This document shows, one piece after another, positions 26,623-35,083 of a DNA stretch of 64,000 bases; within the stretch, counting starts at the first letter, position 1, and each line of letters starts with the position of its first letter. The stretch lies in contig PLAE01000249.1 in assembly GCA_003134035.1 (NCBI GenBank), positions 2,964-66,963 on the forward strand. Direction: 5' to 3'. This DNA is from Vulcanimicrobiota bacterium. GTDB taxonomy: Bacteria; Vulcanimicrobiota; Vulcanimicrobiia; Vulcanimicrobiales; Vulcanimicrobiaceae. The notes below the pieces were generated by a model. That model had not been told where the DNA came from. It did not search any database and worked only from the letters and a program-made list of their open reading frames with translations. The position numbers and the translations under genes are program-made.

Positions 26623-29445
26623 ATGCCCGAGACCAGAACGCCCGTCCATCCGGCGGAAATCACCGACTATCGCAAGACCCTGAACCTGCCGGCCACCGAC
26701 TTCCCGATGCGCGCGGAACTGCCCAAGCGCGAGCCCGCGCGCATCGATTGGTGGACTGCTCACGACACCTATGCCAAGCGGCTGGAGCGTAATCGTGAGC
26801 AGGGCGGGACGCCGTGGATTCTGCACGACGGGCCGCCGTATGCCAACGGCGACTTGCACATGGGGCATTTCCTCAACCGCTTCCTCAAAGACGCGTTCGT
26901 CAAGATCGCCTTGCTCGACGGACGCTGGGCCGATTTCATCCCCGGATGGGACATGCACGGGTTGCCGATCGAGCGCGAGACGCTCATCCACCTCGGCGTT
27001 GACTTCCATAAGATCGATCCGATCGAATTGCGCGCGCGGTGCAAGGAGCGCGCGCTGTACTGGCTCGACCGCCAGCGCCGCGCGATGCTGCGCATGGGTC
27101 TCTTCGGGCATTACGCGCGGCCCTACATGACGATCGCGCCGGCGTTCGAGGCGACGATCGTCGATACGCTGGCCGATCTCGCCGAATCGGGACAGCTCTA
27201 CAAGGGCCTGCGTTCGACGCTGTGGTGCGTGCACGATGAAACCGCGCTGGCCGAAGCCGAGATCGAGTATCGCGAACGCACGTCGCCGTCGATCTACGTG
27301 CGCTTCGCGGCGAATGCCGCGCAACGCGCCGATCTCGTGCGGCGGTTCGGCGCCGCCGACGACGCGACGCCGCTGTCGATCGTGATCTGGACGACGACGC
27401 CTTGGACGCTGCCCGCCAACGTCGCGATCGCGATCAAACCCGACGCGCAGTACGGGCTCTACCGGCTCGGGGGTCAGGATTACGTGTTCGCGGCAGAGTT
27501 GCGCGCGAGCGTGGTCGCCCAATTCGGCGCCGCCGGCGGCGATGCCGAGGAGCGCGCCCTCGCCCCGGGCGAGGCGCTGCTCGGGGCGGCTGTGCGGCAT
27601 CCGTTTCTCGACCGCGATTCGCTCGTCGTCGGAGCCGACTACGTCGATCTCGTCACCGGCACCGGTGCCGTCCACACGGCGCCCGGTCACGGCACGGACG
27701 ACTTCGAGACCGGCGTGAAATACGATCTGCCGATCCTCAATCCGGTCGACGCCGCCGGCACGTTTCTGTCCGACGCCGGCCCGTACGCGGGGCGCAACAT
27801 CTTCGACGCGCAACAGCAAATCGTCGACGACCTCGCGGCGTCGGGGGCACTGGTGCGCGCCGCCGCGTACGAACATTCGTATCCGCACTGCTGGCGCTGC
27901 AAAAATCCGGTGATCTTCCGCGCGACCGCGCAGTGGTTCATCGCCCTCGACGCCAACGGACTGCGCGAACGGATCGAAGCACAGATCCCGAACGTGGCCT
28001 GGCTGCCGGCGTGGGGCGAGACGCGCATGACCCAGATGATCGCCAATCATCCCGAGTGGTGCGTGTCGCGCCAGCGCACGTGGGGCACGCCGATTCCGGC
28101 GGTCGCCTGCAAGACGTGCGGCGAGTCGATCGTCGATCCGCGCGTCGCGCGCATCGCCGCCGAGCGCTTTCGGCGCGAGGGTCCGCAGCTCACGAACGCC
28201 TCCGACATCTGGTGGACGGATGACGTCAGCGCCTTTCTGCCCGTCGATTTCACTTGCCCGAAATGCGGCGGAACGACTTTCGAAAAAGAATTCAACATCG
28301 TCGACATCTGGTTCGAGTCGGGCGTGACCCATCGCGCCGTGTTGCGCGACGGCGGTCTGCCGTGGCCGGCCGATCTCTATCTCGAAGGCAGCGATCAATT
28401 TCGCGGCTGGTTCCGCAGCAACCTCATCACCGCCGTCGCGACGGCCGGCGTGCCGCCGTATAAGGGCGTCGTCTCGACCGGGATGGTCGTGGACGCCGAA
28501 GGCCGCGCGATGCACAAGTCGACCGGCAACTACATCGGCGCCGTCGACGCGATTGAGAAATACGGCGCCGACGTGCTCCGCCTGTGGGCGGCCTCGGTCG
28601 AATATACCGCCGACATGCGCTTGGGCGCGAAGATGCTCGATAATGTCGCGAACGTCTACCGCAACCTGCGCAACCGGCTGCGCTTCTTTCTAAGCGCCGT
28701 GGGCGATCTACCGGCCGCGGCGGTCGTCCCGCGCGCGCAACTCGAACCGCTCGACCGGCTGGCGCTCGCCGCGCTCGACCGCCTCGCGCGCGAGGTAGTC
28801 GAGCACTATCGGGCGTTTCGTCTGCACGACGCCTACCTCGCGCTCGTCGCGTTCGACAACGACGATCTGTCGCGATTCTACATCGCCGCGCTCAAAGACC
28901 GGCTCTACTCGAGCGCGCCCGACGCGCCGCGGCGGCGCAGCGCGCAGAGCGCGTTGCTCGAGATGCTGCGCACGGTCGCGGTCCTGCTCGCCCCGGTCCT
29001 GTCATTCACGTCGGAAGAAGCTTGGCAGTCGCTGCCGGCCGAACTGCGCGGCGAATTCGAGTCGATCTTCGACGTGCCGTTTCCGCACGTCGACGCGCGC
29101 GACGATGCAGCGCTCGCGCAGTGGCAACTGCTCAAGGATCTGCGCGCGCTCGTCGCGGCGACCGGCGCGGTTGACTTCGCCCTCGACGCCCGGGTCGAAG
29201 TGCCGGAGCGTTTCGTCGAGCCGCTGACGGCGCTGGGTGACAACCTGCGCGAAGCGCTCATCGTCTCCGCGCTGCTCGGCATCGCCCCCTCGGACTCTGA
29301 AGCGTGGACGGTGCGAACCGAGCCGGCCGGTGGCGAGAAGTGCGCGCGCTGTTGGAAGTATCTCCCGCTCGGGGGCGATCGCGCGCACCCGAATCTCTGC
29401 GCGTCCTGCGCGCAGATCGTTCGCGAGTTGCCGCCGGCCGCTTAG
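26623..29445 (+). CDS. ileS: Isoleucine--tRNA ligase
   Basis: ORF trimmed to ATG 26623 (MPETRTPVHP). 'PPYANGDLHMGH' (HIGH), 'AMHKSTGN' (KMSKS) and a C-terminal Zn ribbon 'CARCWKY...CASC' are present. Confidence 0.93.
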   Translation: MPETRTPVHPAEITDYRKTLNLPATDFPMRAELPKREPARIDWWTAHDTYAKRLERNREQGGTPWILHDGPPYANGDLHMGHFLNRFLKDAFVKIALLDGRWADFIPGWDMHGLPIERETLIHLGVDFHKIDPIELRARCKERALYWLDRQRRAMLRMGLFGHYARPYMTIAPAFEATIVDTLADLAESGQLYKGLRSTLWCVHDETALAEAEIEYRERTSPSIYVRFAANAAQRADLVRRFGAADDATPLSIVIWTTTPWTLPANVAIAIKPDAQYGLYRLGGQDYVFAAELRASVVAQFGAAGGDAEERALAPGEALLGAAVRHPFLDRDSLVVGADYVDLVTGTGAVHTAPGHGTDDFETGVKYDLPILNPVDAAGTFLSDAGPYAGRNIFDAQQQIVDDLAASGALVRAAAYEHSYPHCWRCKNPVIFRATAQWFIALDANGLRERIEAQIPNVAWLPAWGETRMTQMIANHPEWCVSRQRTWGTPIPAVACKTCGESIVDPRVARIAAERFRREGPQLTNASDIWWTDDVSAFLPVDFTCPKCGGTTFEKEFNIVDIWFESGVTHRAVLRDGGLPWPADLYLEGSDQFRGWFRSNLITAVATAGVPPYKGVVSTGMVVDAEGRAMHKSTGNYIGAVDAIEKYGADVLRLWAASVEYTADMRLGAKMLDNVANVYRNLRNRLRFFLSAVGDLPAAAVVPRAQLEPLDRLALAALDRLAREVVEHYRAFRLHDAYLALVAFDNDDLSRFYIAALKDRLYSSAPDAPRRRSAQSALLEMLRTVAVLLAPVLSFTSEEAWQSLPAELRGEFESIFDVPFPHVDARDDAALAQWQLLKDLRALVAATGAVDFALDARVEVPERFVEPLTALGDNLREALIVSALLGIAPSDSEAWTVRTEPAGGEKCARCWKYLPLGGDRAHPNLCASCAQIVRELPPAA

Positions 29446-29461
29446 ACTCCAGGAGCGTGCG

Positions 29462-29510
29462 GGCGGCTTGCGGCGCAGCCGCCAACGCGAAGGATCGACG
29501 AAGTCGATCC
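29462..29510. repeat. Double-hairpin intergenic repeat, copy B
   Basis: GGCGGCTTGCGGCGCAGCCGCCAACGCGAAGGATCGACGAAGTCGATCC. It lies between the convergent 3' ends of ileS and the ilv genes. Confidence 0.8.
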
Positions 29511-29517
29511 ATTAAAA

Positions 29518-31578
29518 TTAAAGGCGCGCCGCCGGAACGGGTTCGGGTCGCGCGCGGCGCGCGACTGCCGAAACGTTGGGTATGGCGGGCCGAAAGGCGA
29601 GGAAGCCGAACAGGATCGCGCCCAGCGCGATTGCGAGCCCGGTCGTGTGCTCGCCGTCGCTAGGTCGCGCGGTCGACTGCGATGAGGCGGGCGATCTGTG
29701 CTTCGAGGCGGCGCAAGGCTTCGGCGTCGCCGACGAACTCGAACCGCAGGCGGGTGGCGAGATCGTCGTTCGATTCGGCGGCGATGCTGCGATAACGGCA
29801 GCCGCAGCGTTCGGAAAGATTGACGATCCGGGCAACCAGGCGCGGGTCGTTGACGGTCGCTTCGACCGTGATCGAAGCCGCCGCGGCGGCGGGCATGCCG
29901 GCACCGGCGCGCGTTCGGTCATCACGTCGTCGATCGATCCGCCGCCGGGGATCATCGGCCAAACGTTTTCGGCCGGATAGCAGGCGCAGTGCAATAGCGC
30001 CGGGCCGGGGATTCCGATGAGCCGCTGCAAGGCGGCGTCGAGATCGGCCGGCGCGTCGACGGTTTCGCTGCGGATCCCGTAGGCCGCCGCGATCGCCGCG
30101 AAATCGGGATTGTCCGACAGGTTCGTGGCCGAGTAGCGTTCGTCGTAGAAGAGCTCTTGCCACTGGCGCACCATGCCCAGGTTGCGGTTGTCGATCAGGA
30201 CGATCTTGACCGGCAGGCGGTAGCGCTTGAGGGTGGCGAGCTCCGTGAGCGACATTTGGAATCCGCCGTCGCCGACGATGCAGAACACCGGGCGCTCCGG
30301 ATGGGCGACCTGCGCGCCGACGGCGGCCGGGAAGCCGAAGCCCATCGCGCCCAGACCCGCCGAGGTCGCGAACGCGCGCGGTTCGCGCGGCCGGATGCGC
30401 TGCGCGGCCCACATTTGATGCTGTCCGACGTCGGTCGTCACCACGGCGTTGGCCGGAACGACCTCGAAGAACCGATCCAACACGGTCGTCGCCGAAAGAT
30501 TGTGCGCCGCGATCCGGTCGCAGGGCAGCGTCATCGCGCGGTCGGCTGCGGCGCGAGCCCAGGTGTCGAAACGCGGGGCGGGGTGATTCTCGAGTTCGTC
30601 GGCGAGCGCGGCCAGCGTAGCGGTGATATCGCCGGGCAACGTGACCTCGGCGGGAATGATCTTGTCGAATTCGCTGGGGTCGATATCGGCGTGGACGATC
30701 TTGGCGCCGCGGGCGAAGCGGTCGGTCCGGCCCGTTACCCGGTCGTCGAAGCGCATCCCGAGCGCGAAGAGCACGTCGCTTTCATGGACCGCCAGGTTCG
30801 CCGCCTTGGTGCCGTGCATGCCGAGCATGCCCAAATCGCGCCAATCGCCGGGAGCGACCGCTCCCAGGCCGTTGATGGTCGTCGTTTGCGGGGCGCCGGC
30901 CAGGCCCGCGAAGCGCCGGAAGGCGGCGACGGCCTCGGCACCGCGCACGCCTCCGCCGGCGATGAGAATCGGCCGTTCGGCCGCGCGCAGCAGAGCCACG
31001 GCGCGAACGATCGCCGCGCGATCCGGTTCGGCCTTGGGCTGGCGACCGGTGATTCGCGCCGGGCGCGGCGTTTGCGGCATCGCGGCTTTGAGCACATCCG
31101 TGGGAATGTCGACCAGAACGGGGCCCGGGCGGCCCGAGCGGGCCAGCGCGAAGGCCTCGGCGATCGCGGCCGGGATCTCGCCGGCGTTTCGCACGAGGAT
31201 GTTGTACTTGGTGACCGGCTGGGTGATGGCGCAGACGTCGGCTTCCTGGAAGCCGTCGGTGCCCATGAGGTTCGAGCGCACTTGACCGGTAATGGCCACG
31301 AGCGGGACGCTGTCCATGAAAGCGTCGAGCAGGCCGGTGACGAGGTTGGTGGCCCCGGGGCCGCTCGTCGCGCAACAGAGCCCGACGCGGCCCGTCGTCC
31401 GCGCGTAGCCGCTCGCCGCGAACACGGCCGCCGCTTCGTGACGGACGAGGTAGTGACGGAAATGCTCGTCTCCAAACATCGCATCGTAAAACGGCATGAT
31501 GGTGCCGCCCGGATATCCGAAAATCGCATCGGCGCCTTCGCGTTTACACGCCTCGAGTGCCGCCCTTGCCCCGTTCAC
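29518..31578 (-). CDS. ilvB: Acetolactate synthase large subunit (ORF continues ~130 codons past the end of homology)
   Basis: GTG 31578 follows GAAAGGA. 'FGYPGG', 'GPGATN' and 'IVGDGGFQM' (ThDP motif) are present. Recognisable ALS sequence ends near 29914 ('GGGSIDDVMTE'), but the first in-frame stop is at 29518. Confidence 0.85.
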   Translation of the reverse strand: MNGARAALEACKREGADAIFGYPGGTIMPFYDAMFGDEHFRHYLVRHEAAAVFAASGYARTTGRVGLCCATSGPGATNLVTGLLDAFMDSVPLVAITGQVRSNLMGTDGFQEADVCAITQPVTKYNILVRNAGEIPAAIAEAFALARSGRPGPVLVDIPTDVLKAAMPQTPRPARITGRQPKAEPDRAAIVRAVALLRAAERPILIAGGGVRGAEAVAAFRRFAGLAGAPQTTTINGLGAVAPGDWRDLGMLGMHGTKAANLAVHESDVLFALGMRFDDRVTGRTDRFARGAKIVHADIDPSEFDKIIPAEVTLPGDITATLAALADELENHPAPRFDTWARAAADRAMTLPCDRIAAHNLSATTVLDRFFEVVPANAVVTTDVGQHQMWAAQRIRPREPRAFATSAGLGAMGFGFPAAVGAQVAHPERPVFCIVGDGGFQMSLTELATLKRYRLPVKIVLIDNRNLGMVRQWQELFYDERYSATNLSDNPDFAAIAAAYGIRSETVDAPADLDAALQRLIGIPGPALLHCACYPAENVWPMIPGGGSIDDVMTERAPVPACPPPRRLRSRSKRPSTTRAWLPGSSIFPNAAAAVIAASPPNRTTISPPACGSSSSATPKPCAASKHRSPASSQSTARPSDGEHTTGLAIALGAILFGFLAFRPAIPNVSAVARRARPEPVPAARL
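29660..29896 (-). CDS. Acetolactate synthase small (regulatory) subunit-like ACT domain protein
   Basis: ATG 29896 lies within ORF 29660..30412. 'ITVEATVNDPRLVARIVNLSERCGCRYRSIAAES...LRFEFVGDAEALRRLEAQIARLIAV' fits the IlvN/IlvM ACT pattern. It lies out of frame inside the tail of the ilvB ORF. Confidence 0.6.
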   Translation of the reverse strand: MPAAAAASITVEATVNDPRLVARIVNLSERCGCRYRSIAAESNDDLATRLRFEFVGDAEALRRLEAQIARLIAVDRAT

Positions 31579-31616
31579 TTCAGTGTCCTTTCGGCTTTCG
31601 AGAAAACTCGTCGGCC

Positions 31617-31654
31617 TAGTAAAAAGCCCCTCGCCACGTTTCTGGCGAGGGGCT
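31617..31654 (-). terminator. Intrinsic terminator / attenuator in the ilvB leader
   Basis: 12-bp stem AGCCCCTCGCCA/TGGCGAGGGGCT with a 6-nt loop, followed by TTTTT on the minus strand. It lies 47 nt upstream of the ilvB GTG. Confidence 0.7.
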
Positions 31655-31677
31655 CTCACAGTTAGCGCTCGTCGCGT

Positions 31678-31758
31678 CTACGTGAAAGCTGCTCGCCGCC
31701 CAAGAAGGACTGCAAGTCGAAGGCTAACGACGACCGGAATCGAGCTGAGCTCAAACAT
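31678..31758 (-). CDS. Putative ilv leader peptide (MFELSSIPVVVSLRLAVLLGRRAAFT)
   Basis: 26-codon ORF between the promoter-like element and the terminator. 9 of 13 central residues are Ile, Val or Leu. Confidence 0.5.
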   Translation of the reverse strand: MFELSSIPVVVSLRLAVLLGRRAAFT

Positions 31759-31771
31759 GATGTTCCCAGGT

Positions 31772-31800
31772 AAATAACATGGATTGCTTGCCGATGTCAA
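31772..31800 (-). promoter_or_regulatory. Putative promoter of the ilv leader
   Basis: Minus strand reads TTGACA, 17 nt, TTATTT. This is an AT-rich patch in a GC-rich context, about 13 nt upstream of the leader ATG. Confidence 0.4.
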
Positions 31801-31911
31801 CGCGTTATCGCGGGATTTACAAGCGCCGATGTGGGTGTCGCGTGGCCGCACAATGTGTGGGTATCAAGTTGGCTGCGCCCCATGCGTCGCTCTGGTTCGG
31901 CGCCGCCGCGG

Positions 31912-32451
31912 TCAGCGCACGCCGAGCAGCTTGGCCAAGATTTCGGTGCGTTTGGTGCTTTTGGTCTTGCGCGCGATGTTCTTCACGTGCGCGTGCACGG
32001 TCGTCGCCGCGATGCACAAGCGCTGCGCGATCTCGGCGGTCGTCATCCCGTGCAGCACGAGCCGCAGCACGTCGAGTTCGCGCAGCGAGAGGCCGTAGTT
32101 TTCGGACGCGTTCGCGAGCAGGTCGCGCGACTCGACGTGCTCGACGAAGAGCGCATAGAATTTGCCGCCGGAGCCGGTCAGCGGCGTTGCTCGCACAACC
32201 GTAGTGGGCGACATGAGAGCGAAGACCTCGCTCTCCTTACCGGCTTCGATCTCGCCGATCAACTGCGCGGTTTGAGCCGACGAAAACAACATCGCGACCG
32301 AATCGGCATCGGCGGGATCGCCCGACGTCATCAGAATCTGTCCTGACGCGTCGACGATGACGAAGCGCGGCGTCCGACGGCGACGCGCCGTGGCAATGGC
32401 TTCGATTCCCGGTTCCCCTGCGGGTTCCGCGTCATTAGGCTTGAGCATCAA
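31912..32451 (-). CDS. LuxR/GerE-family transcriptional regulator
   Basis: C-terminal 'LSLRELDVLRLVLHGMTTAEIAQRLCIAATTVHAHVKNIARK' is a GerE HTH. The N-terminal domain was not recognised. Confidence 0.8.
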   Translation of the reverse strand: MMLKPNDAEPAGEPGIEAIATARRRRTPRFVIVDASGQILMTSGDPADADSVAMLFSSAQTAQLIGEIEAGKESEVFALMSPTTVVRATPLTGSGGKFYALFVEHVESRDLLANASENYGLSLRELDVLRLVLHGMTTAEIAQRLCIAATTVHAHVKNIARKTKSTKRTEILAKLLGVR

Positions 32452-32942
32452 TCATTCACCGGGGAGAACGCGAGAAAAATCCGCGTCGTCAGGCGGGCCC
32501 GCCGGGGACAAGTACCCGGTACCGTAGTCATCGGCACGGAACTCCCCCGCCAGCACAGGCACCCCAGAAACGGCGCAGTTTCCGAATTGGTTCTACCTGG
32601 TTGCGCGTTCAAACTTGACACATTGGGGCCAAATCATCGTTCGTCCCCTTTTTTGGTAGGAGGCCGGACCTGCCGAGTGTGTTTCGCCGCGTAACGTCAG
32701 CTGTTCCGCCCGAGCAAACATTTTAGGACAAAATTGGGAACAAAAGCCCTTCCGAACGGTTACCGATGGGAGTCCGATTCGCTTGGCTGTTCCGCTCCGA
32801 CGGTCAGTCTGCCCTTTCGTCCTGGGGCCTTGGAGAGCCAAATCGGGGCGCGGCCCGGGCGGCGCCGGAAGCGGCCACGGGTCTCTGGGCCGCCTTGCGC
32901 GGGGCATGAGGTCGCGACCGCCGCCACCGCCAAGAGCCGGGC

Positions 32943-33620
32943 ATGAACATCGTCATTACCGGAGCCAATCGCGGCATTGGACTCGCGCTGGCGTCGCGTT
33001 ACGCGGCGCGCCCGGACGCCGTCGTCTTCGCGCTCGCCCGTGATCCGGCCGCGCCCGAGCTGCACGCCCTCGCGGCCGCGCGGGCCGGTCGCGTTCGGCC
33101 GCTGGCCCTGGACGTGCGCGATACGCAGGCAATCGACGCGCTGCCCAGTGCGCTGGGAGTCGATTCGATCGACCTGCTGATCAACAACGCCGGTGTGCCG
33201 GCCCCCAGCGACTTCGGCGCGATAAGCGGTGCGGAACTCAACGCGGTCTTCGCCGTCAATACGTTTGCGCCGCTGCTCATCACGCAAGCGCTGCGCGACC
33301 GGCTGGGAACCGGTTCGAAAGTCGTCAACATCACCTCGGTGCTCGGTTCGATCGCGCGCGCCGGAGCCGACTATTTAACCTACGGTATGAGCAAAGCCGC
33401 GCTCAACATGCTCAGCAAAAAGCTGGCCCTCGAATTCGAGTCCGCCGGTGTCGCGGTGCTCGCGCTGCACCCGGGATGGGTGCAGACACGCATGGGCGGA
33501 TCGGGAGCCGCGCTCGACGTCGACACGGCAGCCGATGGAATGGTGCGGGTCATCGACGCGTTTTCACTGGCGCGCAGCGGGGCGTATCTTACCTACGACG
33601 GCAGCGAGCTGCCGTGGTAA
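32943..33620 (+). CDS. Short-chain dehydrogenase/reductase (CsgA/C-factor-like subgroup)
   Basis: 'ITGANRGIG', 'NNAG' and 'YGMSKAAL' are present. Confidence 0.8.
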   Translation: MNIVITGANRGIGLALASRYAARPDAVVFALARDPAAPELHALAAARAGRVRPLALDVRDTQAIDALPSALGVDSIDLLINNAGVPAPSDFGAISGAELNAVFAVNTFAPLLITQALRDRLGTGSKVVNITSVLGSIARAGADYLTYGMSKAALNMLSKKLALEFESAGVAVLALHPGWVQTRMGGSGAALDVDTAADGMVRVIDAFSLARSGAYLTYDGSELPW

Positions 33621-33637
33621 GGACGCTCGGCGCGCTG

Positions 33638-34189
33638 GTGCAGCGCTGCCCGTGGGCGACGCGCGAGCCGGAGATCGCGTATCATGACAGCGAGTGGGGC
33701 GTGCCGCAGTACGATGACCGCATGCTCTTCGAGTTGCTCACGCTCGAAGGCGCGCAGGCCGGACTGAGTTGGGAGACGATCCTCAAGAAGCGGACCGGCT
33801 ATCGCGAGCTGTTTGCCGGATTCGATCCCGCGGCCGTCGCGCGTTTCAGCGCCAAACGGATCGACCAGCTCGTCGCCGATCCGCGGATCGTGCGCCACCG
33901 CGGCAAGATCGAGTCGACCGTCGCGAACGCGCGCGCGTTCCGAATCGTGCAGGACGAATACGGTTCGTTCGCTGCCTACTTATGGAATTTCGTCGATGGC
34001 ACCCCGGTCGTCACCCGACGCGCGGCCAGTGAGGAATTGCCGAGCCGCACCACGCTTTCCGACGCCGTCAGCGTCGATTTGAAGCGGCGCGGCTTTACCT
34101 TCGTCGGTTCGACGATCGTGTACGCTTATTTGCAGGCGACCGGCGTCGTCGACGATCACCGCTCAACCTGTTTTCGAGCCGCCGGCTAA
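33638..34189 (+). CDS. tag: DNA-3-methyladenine glycosylase I
   Basis: 'QRCPWA...YHDSEWGVP', 'LEGAQAGLSW' and 'IVRHRGKI' are collinear with E. coli Tag from GTG 33638. GTG 33614 is also possible. Confidence 0.85.
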   Translation: MQRCPWATREPEIAYHDSEWGVPQYDDRMLFELLTLEGAQAGLSWETILKKRTGYRELFAGFDPAAVARFSAKRIDQLVADPRIVRHRGKIESTVANARAFRIVQDEYGSFAAYLWNFVDGTPVVTRRAASEELPSRTTLSDAVSVDLKRRGFTFVGSTIVYAYLQATGVVDDHRSTCFRAAG

Positions 34190-34222
34190 ACCGCGCCGCG
34201 GCGCCGACGCGACGTAGCCGGC

Positions 34223-35083
34223 TTACATGGTGGCCGCACTCTCCACGGATTGCAACTCGCCCGTCGTCCGAGCCGCGAAATGTCCGTCGACGTCTTTGAC
34301 GAAACGCCAGAATCGCCGCAGACTCAGGCCCTCGCCGAGCCGGCCATCGTTCTTCGGGGACCAGTCATAATTGAATTGGACACCCGCATTCAAGTCCGGT
34401 GTGAAGTGGCGATCGACGCGGAAGCCGTTTTCCGTGGCAACGCGCTCGATGAAGAAGGGCGACGGGAGGCAGCCTATTCCCTTGATGGACGACTCGTTAT
34501 CATCGAGCGGCGTGCCCAACTTCTTTTCATCGCAGAGCGTCACTTTGTACGGATCGGTCGAATCGCAGACGACGGTTTCCATCACCAAATCGTCAGCACA
34601 TGAAAAACATGCGCGCAGATGCGCGTTTATATCGCGCAAATGATAGATGAGACCGAAATTGATAATGAGGTCGAAGCGCCCGAAACCCGAAAAATCATCT
34701 TCGAGATTGAATTGCTCGAAGCGGATCCCGGCAACGTTTCGATGTTTGAGTCGCGCGAATGTCACGTTTCTCTGTCGTCCGTCCAGTCCCAGGACTTGTG
34801 CTCCGAGCTCGGCAAAGAACGCTCCGATATCGCCATGTCCGCAGCCAAGTTCAAGAATCTTCCGATCTTTGAAAAAGTCTATCCCATAGATATCGAGGAT
34901 TTTATTGCAGCGCTTTACGCGCCATGCACCGTACGATGGATGAAAGAGCCCGGCCCAATCGCTGTACAGGGCGGTTTGCATGACATGACGATCGATCGGC
35001 GATAACGTGTACTCCGCGTCGATGACGAGTTTACGATACAGCATTTTCGAGATTTGATAGAGTCGGTCAATCTTTCTCAGCAA
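34223..35083 (-). CDS. Class I SAM-dependent methyltransferase (orphan, AT-richer than its neighbours)
   Basis: Motif I 'ILELGCGHGD' and 'DLIINFGLIYHL' are present. Many A/T-ending codons make its composition visibly unlike the flanking genes. Confidence 0.8.
   Translation of the reverse strand: MLRKIDRLYQISKMLYRKLVIDAEYTLSPIDRHVMQTALYSDWAGLFHPSYGAWRVKRCNKILDIYGIDFFKDRKILELGCGHGDIGAFFAELGAQVLGLDGRQRNVTFARLKHRNVAGIRFEQFNLEDDFSGFGRFDLIINFGLIYHLRDINAHLRACFSCADDLVMETVVCDSTDPYKVTLCDEKKLGTPLDDNESSIKGIGCLPSPFFIERVATENGFRVDRHFTPDLNAGVQFNYDWSPKNDGRLGEGLSLRRFWRFVKDVDGHFAARTTGELQSVESAATM

Noticed and set aside
25846-28515. 889-codon ORF on the minus strand opposite the M50 protease and ileS. There are similar long antisense ORFs at 13012..14607, 17005..18618, 35900..37471, 37485..39011 and 41911..43254.
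   Set aside because: These are Arg/Ala/Gly/Pro-rich with no recognisable motif. Each lies opposite a gene with clear family signatures, and stop-poor antisense frames are expected in high-GC DNA.
29890-29935. Possible programmed -1 frameshift fusing ilvB to the ACT small-subunit frame.
   Set aside because: No X XXY YYZ slippery heptamer or downstream pseudoknot-like structure is evident at the junction. An indel or independent initiation at ATG 29896 is the simpler explanation.
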